The notes beneath the pieces were generated by a model that was not told the origin of the DNA, searched no databases, and worked only from the letters and a program-made list of their open reading frames with translations. From Octopus sinensis (taxonomy: Eukaryota), in the NCBI RefSeq assembly GCF_006345805.1, contig NC_042997.1:205530001-205594000 (forward strand): 64,000 bases of DNA, in the 5' to 3' direction. Position numbers and translations under genes: made by a program. The first letter of the stretch is position 1; each line of letters begins with the position of its first letter. This document shows, piece by piece, positions 41,001 through 53,000 of this stretch.

Positions 41001-44000
41001 ATAGTTTTCTATATATGAAATAGTTTTCTATCCATATAATAGTTTTCTATCTCTATAATAGTTTTCTATCTCTATAATAGTTTTCTATCTATATAATAGT
41101 TTTCTATATATAAAATAGTTTTCTATCCATATAATAGTTTTCTATCTCTATAATAGTTTTCTATCCATATAATAGTTTTCTATCTCTAAAATAGTTTTCT
41201 ATCTCTATAATAGTTTTCTATCTCTATAATAGTTTTCTATCTATATAATAGTTTTCTATCCATATAATAGTTTTCTATCTCTATAATAGTTTTCTATCCA
41301 TATAATAGTTTTCTATCTATATAATAGTTTTCTATCCATATAATAGTTTTCTATCTCTATAATAGTTTTCTATATATAAAAGAGTTTTCTATCCATATAA
41401 TAGTTTTCTATCTCTATAATAGTTTTCTATCTCTATAATAGTTTTCTATCTATATAATAGTTTTCTATCCATATAAAAGTTTTCTATCTCTATAATAGTT
41501 TTCTATATATAAAATAGTTTTCAATCCATATTATAGTTTTCTATCTCTATAATAGTTTTCTATATATAAAATAGTTTTCTATCCATATAATAGTTTTCTA
41601 TCTCTATAATAGTTTTCTATATATAAAATAGTTTTCTATCCATATAATAGTTTTCTATCTCTATAATAGTTTTCTATATATAAAATAGTTTTCTATCCAC
41701 ATAATAGTTTTCTATCTCCATAATAGTTTTCTATATATAAAATAGTTTTCTATCCATATAATAGTTTTCTATCTCTATAATAGTTTTCTATCTATATAAT
41801 AGTTTTCTATCCATATAATAGTTTTCTATCTCTATAATAGTTTTCTATATATAAAATAGTTTTCTATCCATATAATGGTTTTCTATCTCTATAATAGTTT
41901 TCTATCTATATAATAGTTTTCCATCTCTATAATAGTTTTCTATCTCTATAATAGTTTTCTATCTCTATAATAGTTTTCTATCTCTATAATAGTTTTCTAT
42001 CTCTATAATAGTTTTCTATCTCTATAATAGTTTTCTATCTCTATAATAGTTTTCTATCTCTATAATAGTTTTCTATCTATATAGTAGTTTTCTATCTATA
42101 TAATAGTTTTCTATCTCTATAATAGTTTTCTATCTCTATAATAGTTTTCTATCTCTATAATAGTTTTCTATCTCTATAATAGTTTTCTATCTATATAATA
42201 GTTTTCTATATATAAAATAGTTTTCTATCCATATAATATTTTCTATCTATATAATAGTTTTCTATCTCTATAATAGTTTTCTATCTCTATAATAGTTTTC
42301 TATCTATATAATAGTTTTCTATATATAAAATAGTTTTCTATCCATATAATAGTTTTCTATATATAAAATAGTTTTCTATCCATATAATAGTTTTCTATAT
42401 ATAAAATAGTTTTCTATCCATATAATAGTTTTCTATCTCTATAATAGTTTTCTATCTCTATAATAGTTTTCTATCTATATAATAGTTTTCTATATATAAA
42501 ATAGTTTTCATTCCATATAATAGTTTTCTATATATAAAATAGTTTTCTATCCATATAATAGTTTTCTATCTCTATAATAGATTTCTATCTCTATAATAGT
42601 TTTCTATCTCTATAATAGTTTTCTATCTATATAATAGTTTTCTATCCATATAATAGTTTTCTATCTCTATAATAGTTTTCTATATATTAAATAGTTTTCT
42701 ATCCATATAATAGTTTTCTATCTATATAATAGTTTTCTATCTCTATAATAGTTTTCTATCTCTATAATAGTTTTCTATATATAAAATAGTTTTCTATCCA
42801 TATAATAGTTTTCTATATATAAAATAGTTTTCTATCCATATAATAGTTTTCTATCTCTATAATAGTTTTCTATCTATATAATAGTTTTCTATCCATATAA
42901 TAGTTTTCTATCTCTATAATAGTTTTCTATATATAAAATAGTTTTCTATCCATATAATAGTTTTCTATCTCTATAATAGTTTTCTATCTCTATAATAGTT
43001 TTCTATCTATATAATAGTTTTCTATCCATATAATAGTTTTCTATCTCTATAATAGTTTTCTATATATAAAATAGTTTTCTATCCATATAATAGTTTTCCA
43101 TCTCTATAATAGTTTTCTATATATAAAATAGTTTTCTATCCATATAATAGTTTTCTATCTATATAATAGTTTTCTATCTCTATAATAGTTTTCTATCTCT
43201 ATAATAGTTTTCTATCTCTATAATAGTTTTCTATCTATATAATAGTGTTCTATCCATATAATAGTTTTCTATCTCTATAATAGTTTTCTATCTCTATAAT
43301 AGTTTTCTATCTCTATAATAGTTTTCTATCTCTATAATAGTTTTCTATCTCCATAATAGTTTTCTATCTCTATAATAGTTTTCTATCTCTATAATAGTTT
43401 TCTATCTATATAATAGTTTTCTATATATAAAATAGTTTTCTATCCATATAATATTTTTCTATCCATATAATGGTTTTCTATCTCTATAATAGTTTTCTAT
43501 CTATATAATAGTTTTCCATCTCTATAATAGTTTTCTATCTCTATAATAGTTTTCTATCTCTATAATAGTTTTCTATCTCTATAATAGTTTTCTATCTCTA
43601 TAATAGTTTTCTATCTCTATAATAGTTTTCTATCTCTATAATAGTTTTCTATCTCTATAATAGTTTTCTATCTATATAGTAGTTTTCTATCTATATAATA
43701 GTTTTCTATCTCTATAATAGTTTTCTATCTCTATAATAGTTTTCTATCTCTATAATAGTTTTCTATCTCTATAATAGTTTTCTATCTATATAATAGTTTT
43801 CTATATATAAAATAATTTTCTATCCATATAATATTTTCTATCTATATAATAGTTTTCTATCTCTATAATAGTTTTCTATCTCTATAATAGTTTTCTATCT
43901 ATATAATAGTTTTCTATATATAAAATAGTTTTCTATCCATATAATAGTTTTCTATATATAAAATATTTTTCTATCCATATAATAGTTTTCTATATATAAA

Positions 44001-47000
44001 ATAGTTTTCTATCCATATAATAGTTTTCTATCTCTATAATAGTTTTCTATCTCTATAATAGTTTTCTATCTATATAATAGTTTTCTATATATAAAATAGT
44101 TTTCATTCCATATAATAGTTTTCTATCTATATAATAGTTTTCTATCCATATAATAGTTTTCTATCTCTATAATAGTTTTCTATCTCTATAATAGTTTTCT
44201 ATCCATATAATAGTTTTCTATCTATATAATAGTTTTCTGTCTCTATAATAGTTTTCTATCTCTATAATAGTTTTCTATCTATATAATAGTTTTCTATATA
44301 TAAAATAGTTTTCTATCCATATAATAGTTTTCTATCTATATAATAGTTTTCTATCTCTATAATAGTTTTCTATCTCTATAATAGTTTTCTATCTCTATAA
44401 TAGTTTTCTATCTATATAATAGTGTTCTATCCATATAATAGTTTTCTATCTCTATAATAGTTTTCTATCTCTATAATAGTTTTCTATCTCTATAATAGTT
44501 TTCTATCTCTATAATAGTTTTCTATCTCTATAATAGTTTTCTATCTCTATAATAGTTTTCTATCTATATAATAGTTTTCTATATATAAAATAGTTTTCTA
44601 TCCATATAATATTTTTCTATCTATATAATAGTTTTCTATCTCTGTAATAGTTTTGTATCTCTATAATAGTTTTCTATCTCTATAATAGTTTTCTATCTCT
44701 ATAATAGTTTTCTATCTATATAATATTTTTCTATGCATATAATAGTTTTCTATCTCTATAATAGTTTTCTATCTCTATAATAGTTTTCTATCTCTATAAT
44801 AGTTTTCTATCTCTATAATAGTTTTCTATCTCTATAATAGTTTTCTATCTCTATAATAGTTTTCTATCTATATAATAGTTTTCTATATATAAAATAGTTT
44901 TCTATCCATATAATAGTTTTCTATATATAAAATAGTTTTCTATCCATATAATAGTTTTCTATATATAAAATAGTTTTCTATCCATATAATAGTTTTCTAT
45001 CTCTATAATAGTTTTCTATCTCTATAATAGTTTTCTATCTATATAATAGTTTTCTATATATAAAATAGTTTTCTATCCATATAATAGTTTTCTATCTCTA
45101 TAATAGTTTTCTATCCATATAATAGTTTTCTATCTCTATAATAGTTTTCTATCTCTATAATAGTTTTCTATCTCTATAATAGTTTTCTATCTATATAATA
45201 GTTTTCTATCCATATAATAGTTTTCTATCTCTATAATAGTTTTCTATCCATATAATAGTTTTCTATCTATATAATTGTTTTCTATCTCTATAATAGTTTT
45301 CTATCTCTATAATAGTTTTCTATATATAAAATAGTTTTCTATCCATATAATAGTTTTCTATATATAAAATAGTTTTCTATCCATATAATAGTTTTCTATC
45401 TCTATAATAGTTTTCTATCTCTATAATAGTTTTCTATCTATATAATAGTTTTCTATCCATATAATAGTTTTCTATCTCTATAATAGTTTTCTATATATAA
45501 AAGAGTTTTCTATCCATATAATAGTTTTCTATCTCTATAATAGTTTTCTATCTCTATAATAGTTTTCTATCTATATAATAGTTTTCTATCCATATAATAG
45601 TTTTCTATCTCTATAATAGTTTTCTATATATAAAATAGTTTTCTATCCATATAATAGTTTTCTATCTCTATAATAGTTTTCTATATATAAAATAGTTTTC
45701 TATCCATATAATAGTTTTCTATCTCTATAATAGTTTTCTATATATAAAATAGTTTTCTATCCATATAATAGTTTTCTATCTCTATAATAGTTTTCTATAT
45801 ATAAAATAGTTTTCTATCCACATAATAGTTTTCTATCTCTATAATAGTTTTCTATATATAAAAGAGTTTTCTATCCATATAATAGTTTTCTATCTCTATA
45901 ATAGTTTTCTATCTCTATAATAGTTTTCTATCTATATAATAGTTTTCTATCCATATAATAGTTTTCTATCTCTATAATAGTTTTCTATATATAAAATAGT
46001 TTTCTATCCATATAATAGTTTTCTATCTCTATAATAGTTTTCTATATATAAAATAGTTTTCTATCCATATAATAGTTTTCTATCTCTATAATAGTTTTCT
46101 ATATATAAAATAGTTTTCTATCCATATAATAGTTTTCTATCTCTATAATAGTTTTCTATATATAAAATAGTTTTCTATCCACATAATAGTTTTCTATCTC
46201 AATAATAGTTTTCTATATATAAAATAGTTTTCTATCCATATAATAGTTTTCTATCTCTGTAATAGTTTTCTATCTCTATAATAGTTTTCTATCTCTATAA
46301 TAGTTTTCTATCTATATAATAGTTTTCTATCTATATAATAGTTTTGTATCTCTATAATAGTTTTCTATCTCTATAATAGTTTTCTATCTATATAATAGTT
46401 TTTCTATCTATATAATAGTTTTTCTATCTATATAATAGTTTTCTATCTATATAATAGTTTTCTATCTATATAATAGTTTTCTATCTACATAATAGTTTTC
46501 TATCTCTATAATAGTTTTCTATCTATACAATTGTTTTCTATCTCTATAATAGTTTTTCTATATGTAAACGACCTTTCCAGTGTCGTACATCACTGCAAAG
46601 TGAAAATATTCGCTGATGACACTAAGCTCCAGCAAATCGTCAATGAAGAAGCAGACCGAACTCAACTCCAGTCTGATCTATATGCTGTGAGTCAATGGGC
46701 AGACAGAAACAAAAATGCAACTGAATGAGGGAAAATTTGAGCTGATGCATTTTGGAAGAAATTCCTCACTAAAACAACCATACTCTCTTCCTTCAGGGGA
46801 ACCGCTCACAGCCTCTAACAATATCAGAGACCTGGGTGTAATTGTTGATGATTATCTCAGTTGGAGTGCACACATCAACAAGAAGGTCGATACAGCTTGT
46901 AGGATGAGTTCCTGGATCTTAAGAACTTTCCGGTCCAGAGAACAAGGTGTCATCATACCACTTTTCTCCTCCTTTGTACGGCCACACCTTGAATACTGCT

Positions 47001-50000
47001 GCCCACTGTGGTCTCCCCATACAAGACAAAACATCTCCAGGATTGAATCACCCCAGAGGGCACTCACTAAACAAATTGAAGGCATGGCTGCTCTCGATTA
47101 TTGGGATCGCCTTAAAGCCTTGAAACTTTACTCCCTCCAGCGTCGCCGTGAGCGGTACATCATTTGTACGATGTGGAAAATATTCCGCCAACTTTGCCCA
47201 AACGACCTAAACATTAGCTTCAAGGTTCATCCAAGACTTGGACCACGGGCTATATGTCCCCTGCCAAATTCAAGATCACAACATACATGTACACTGCAAC
47301 ATAATTTCTTTTCCTCAACAGGCCCTGCCCTATTTAACATTGTCCCGAGGGAGATCAAAGAGGAAAAGGATCCCATCAACTTCAAACAGAGTCTGGATAG
47401 ATTCCTTCAAAGAATACCAGATAAGCCACCCATAATTGGATACAACTCACCCAACAAGAACTCACTACTTGAACAAAACTTGACTTAAACAGGATTCGAA
47501 TAATCCTATCAGATGGTGCTATTAAGTTAGACATGGCCTGGACCAATCTCTGGTCGAAACATATCTAAGTTTTATCTAAGTTTTATATATATAATAGTTA
47601 TCTATCTCTATAATAGTTTTCTATCTCTATAATAGTTTTCTATCTCTAAAATAGTTTTCTATCTATATAATAGTTTTCTATCTCTATAATAGTTTTTCTA
47701 TATATATAATAGTTTTCTATCCATATAATAGTTTTCTATCTCTATAATAGTTTTCTATCTATATAATAGTTTTCTATCTACATAATTGTTTTCTATCCAT
47801 ATAATAGTTTTCTATCTCTATAATAGTTTTTCTATATATATAATAGTTTTCTATCCATATAATAGTTTTCTATCTCTAATAGTTTTCTATCTATATAATA
47901 GTTTTCTATCTACATAATTGTTTTCTATCCATATAATAGTTTTCTATCTCTATAATAGTTTTCTATCTCTATAATAGTTTTCTATCTACATAATAGTTTT
48001 CTATCTCTATAATAGTTTTCTATCTCTATAATAGTTTTCTATCTATATAATAGTTTTCTATCTATATAATAGTTTTCTATCTATATAATAGTCTTCTCTC
48101 TATATAATAGTTTTCTATCTATAAATTGTTTTCTATCTATATAATAGTCTTCTATCTATATAATAGTTTTCTATCTATATAATAGTTTTCTATCGATATA
48201 ATAGTCTTCTATCTATATAATAGTCTTCTATCTATATAATAGTTTTCTATCTATATAATAGTTTTCAATCTATATAATAGTTCTCTATCTCTATAATAGT
48301 GTTCTATCTATGTAATAGCTTTCTATCTATATAATAATTTTCTATCTCTATAATAGTTTTCTATCTCTATAATAGTGTTCTATCTATGTAATAGCTTTCT
48401 ATCTATATAATAGCTTTCTATCTATATAATAATTTTCTATCTATACAATTGTTTCCTAGCTATATAATAGTTTTCTATCTATATTATAGTCTTCTCTCTA
48501 TAATAGTTTTCTATCTATATAATAGTTTTCTATCTCTATAATAGTTTTCTATCTATATAATATCGTCGTTTTGCTGCGTACAATAACCGCCAACAATAAC
48601 ACCACTACTACCACCTCAACTACTACTAGTGACACCTCTGCCACCAACACTACCACCAAACCCAATTTTGCACAAGCATTAAAACCAAAGAAGACAATAT
48701 TATACTTAACAACAGAACAAATAAAACAGACAAAAGCCCTGTTAACTGAAGAAGGTTCACATCTATGCTTACATGTACCACAAAACATCATAGACAACAC
48801 ACAAAAGAAAACAATAATATACAAAGTCCTAAACGCAAAAACTGGTGGACCAGAACAAGCACAACCAGAACTCATTGAAAAATGTTTACGTCCAATATGG
48901 GCCTACAAAAATTATTTAAATTGGGGAAACAAATATGCCACGATACAGGTTCTCTTCGACAGCGAAGAAAAAGCGAAAGAACTTTCAACGCTCACATTAC
49001 AGTCGGAAAACTTAATTTTAATTCCAACCTACCTTGGTCAACGCGTGACCAAAATTTCGATTAAAAATGTCCCTCCAGAAATAGAATCACAATGGCTGTT
49101 GTCAGCCATTTGCTACAAAATGGAGGAAAATATAAATATTCTGGAATATGCCGCCTTGGAGGAAAAGAAATGGTCAGGGAAAATGGTTCAGTTATTGATG
49201 CAAATTGATCAAAACCAAATCAATAACATCCCCCACCAAATTGAGCTGCTAGACGGCAATTTCCTTTATGTGGTGGTAGAGGGTAGGAGGCCTCACTGTT
49301 ACTTGTGTGGCAGCGAGGATCACCTCAAAAATGATTGCCCAACAGCAAAAAAGCAATAACAAAAGGCCAGAACAAGAACAAGGAAAAAGTCAAGAGAAAA
49401 AAGAACCACTACTACCCAGACCACCATCAGCTCAAAGGACAAGCAAAGGGAATATGGAACCAATCTCGCCAACACCAACAAATGAACATACAACAGCATC
49501 TGAAAAACCACCACCAACAGCAAGAACTAAAGAAACAGTAAAACCAAAAGACAATACAAAAAATGATTCCCCTTCCCCCACATCACACACCACACACAAG
49601 CAGTCAACAACCAACAACAACACAACCAATTACACAAACACACATTGAAGTTTACAACATACCCCTACTCCCTTCTGATTCCTTGGAAATTTCGTCGGAA
49701 GACGAAAGCACTGAGGAATGGCAAATAGACGACGGTGAACAGGTGTGGTCGCCGTTTGTGAGGCATGCTTTTCCGCAGCTCATCTCCATGACCGAACTGC
49801 AGTCATGGATCAAAAAGAGGTCGAGGAAGGGCGAATGGCACCGCGAGTGTCGCGTTGCTCTCAAACAACTATGCTGTCCTGGGTCGACCTTGAGTGACTT
49901 CAACACAACCAAAGCATTCTATAGGGGATTAGTGGAGGGGAGGTATGACGACGATCTTGGGGCAAACCTGGGCGTCGACGAGGAAACTTGACCTGCCTGT

Positions 50001-53000
50001 TTGAGACAACTTTCGGGCCAGGACCTATGGACAACTTCCAGAGATCCCTGGCCTCGCAGTGCTACCGAGATGTGGTCAGAGCGACAAAACCGTTCTGCAC
50101 GCAATCGTGCTGTGTCCAACAATCTCCAACCTGTGGGCTTATGTCAAACGACTGCTGTCACATGTGGGACGTGTCGGTGTATCAGCCGAGTCTATCGTTA
50201 ATATCGTCACACCTCCTTCCTTCAAACGGGAAGGAAGAGCTATTTTTATCATACTTGTGGCTATGGCGAAAGAATGTATCTGGTGGACGCACCTGAAAGG
50301 ATTAGAGACAAACTCTTTTCTCCCTGGTCAATCTCTCAACTTCTTCAAGTATCCCTTGAAAAGGAAAGTGAGAGTAGAGAGGCAAGTTTTGTCTAGTGAA
50401 TGTTTTAAAAAAAGAGAGGTGTATGAATGACAAAGCCACCTTGACTATGATCCTTTGAACTGTAAAAATTAATACAGAGAGTTGCTTATTTGTAAAAAAT
50501 ATAACATGTGACTTCATTGACCGAGGTTACCGTGGTCTTTTCCATAGGCTTTTCTTTCCACGAGTAAACCTCACCTGTCTTCCCCTTTACACTTTATATT
50601 GACATTTCTGGGATAACGATCCCTATTGATCGATTTTTATTTTTCCTTTTATTTTTATTTTTCCCACCTTTTTTTTCCTCTTTCTTTCCATTTACGATCC
50701 CTTTTGATCGAAAACCCAAAAGAAAAGCTCTACCTTGTAATTTGTCCCGTCTGTGAGCAACCCTGTGTTCTATATCGACTTCGCTTGCCTCAACAGGTCT
50801 TTGTGTCCAAGGGAGGAAAGGCATGCATAAGTGGGCTGCGCTCACTTGACCTGCCTGGTCTTCTCACGTACAGAATATTTCCAAAGGTCTCGGTCGCTGG
50901 TCATTTCCTCAGTGAGGCCTAAAGTTTGAAGGTCGTGCTTCACCACCTCGTCCCAGGTTTTCCTGGGTCTACCTCTTCCACGGGTTCCCTCAACTGCTAG
51001 GGATTGGCACTTTCTCACACACCTATCTTCATCCATTCTCGCCACATGACCATACCAGCGCAATCGTCTCTCTTGCACACCTCAACTGATGCTTCTTAGG
51101 TACAACATTTCTCTCAAGGTACTAATGCTTTGTCGTGTATGTACACTGACATTACACATCCATCGGAGCATACTGGCTTCATTCCTCACAAGCTTACGCA
51201 TGTCCTCAGCAGTCACAGCCCATGTTTCACTGCCATGTAGCATGGCTGTTCGTACACATGCATCATACAGTCTGCCTTTTACTCTGAGCGAGAGGCCTTT
51301 AGTCACCAGCAGAGGTAAGAGCTCCCTAAACTTTGCCCAGGTTATTCTTATTCTAGCAGTTACACTTTCAGCACACCCACCCCCTCTACTGATTTGGTCA
51401 CCTAGATAACGGAAGCTATCAACTACTTCTAGTTTTTCCCCCTGGAAAGTGACGGAAGTTGTTTTCTGAGGTTAATGCTCCCGAGCATCTGCCACATACA
51501 AAAACTAGCTTCCCAGTTAGCCTACCTTTGACATTGCTGCACCTCTTATGTGTCCATAGCTTACACTGGGTACATCTGATAGAGTTTCTACCTACACCTT
51601 TTCTACAGATCGAGCAGGGCCATCTTCCTGAAGACATTTGTGGATTGTCTACCTTCATACTTATTAGGACTTTGGTTTTAGCTAGATTGACTCTAAGGCC
51701 CCCTCGATTCTAGGCCCTCCTTCCACACCTGGAACTTCTCCTCCAGTTCTGATAGTGACTCAGCAATTAGAGCAAGGTTGTCAGCATAGAGGAGCTCCCA
51801 GGGGCAACCTGTCTTGAATTCCTCCGTAATTGCCTGGAGGACTATGATAAATAGGAGGGGGCTGAGTACTGAACCCTGGTGGACCCCAACCTCTACTTTG
51901 AATTCTTCTGTGTACATGTTGCCAACCCTAACCTTACTTACGGCATCTCTGTACATGACTTGCACAGCCCTCACCAGCCATTCATCTATCCCTAGTTTCC
52001 TCATTGACCACCAGATAAGGGATCGGGGGACCCTATCAAAGGCTTTCTCCATGTCAACGAAAGCCAGGTACAAGGGCTTATCTTTGGCCAGGTATTTCTC
52101 CTGCAGCTGCCTTACCAGGAATATAGCATCAGTGGTACTTTTCCCTGGCACGAACCCAAACTGCATCTCATCTAAACTAACTCTCTCTCTAATTAGTTGG
52201 GCTATGACCCTCTCCGTAACCTTCATTACCTGATCCAACAGCTTGATACCTCTGTAATTATTTGTATCTAGGGCATCACCTTTACCTTTGTAGCAGTTGA
52301 CTAGTATGCTGCTACACCAGTCATTGGGTATGACTCCTTCGTGTATCACCTGGTTGACTATACGGGTGACTAGGTTATAGCTGACACTGCCAGATATTTT
52401 GAGCATCTCTGCAGTAATTCCTGATGGGCCTGGGGCTTTCCCTGTCTTCATGCTTCTAATTGCTTTAACTACCAAAGAATTTTCAACTCGGATGGCTGGT
52501 CCCTCTGTTGGGTCGACATTCGGCAGACTCTCTTTATCCCATTCATTTTCTTTATTCAGCAACCTTTCATAGTGGCATCTCCAAACCTCTCTCTTTGCAT
52601 CCTCATTTAGCACAAGTGAACCATCATCCATGCGAACACACTTCTCTCCTACCACATCATGATTCTCTCTCACACACTGTCTTGCAACACGAAATACCTC
52701 AAGTCTTTCATCCTAACGGCTCAGAACATTGGCAAATTTTTTCTTATCCGCTTCCCTTCTGGCTAAATAAACCTGTCTCCTAGCTTCCCTTCTGGCTGTC
52801 TGATACAATTCCCTGCTACCACCGTTCTTCCAGTCCTTCCAAGCCTGTCTCTTTGTCTAATAGCCCTGTCAACCACAGTGTTCCACCACCATGTTACTCT
52901 GGGTCGAGCTGGTACTTTGCTCCATCCACAGATCTTGTCAGTGGCTGTCAGCAGATTGTCCCGTAGAAATCTCCAGTTGTCTTCCACATTAAGTGAAGCT

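Noticed and set aside
47525-47562. Hairpin GACCA-atctc-TGGTC followed by GAAAC as a hammerhead
   Set aside because: No CUGANGA core or stem I; better read as a LINE 3' recognition stem-loop
36863-48560. 19-bp array as a CRISPR array or telomeric repeat
   Set aside because: No unique spacers, no cas genes, eukaryotic intronic context; the unit is not a G-rich telomere motif
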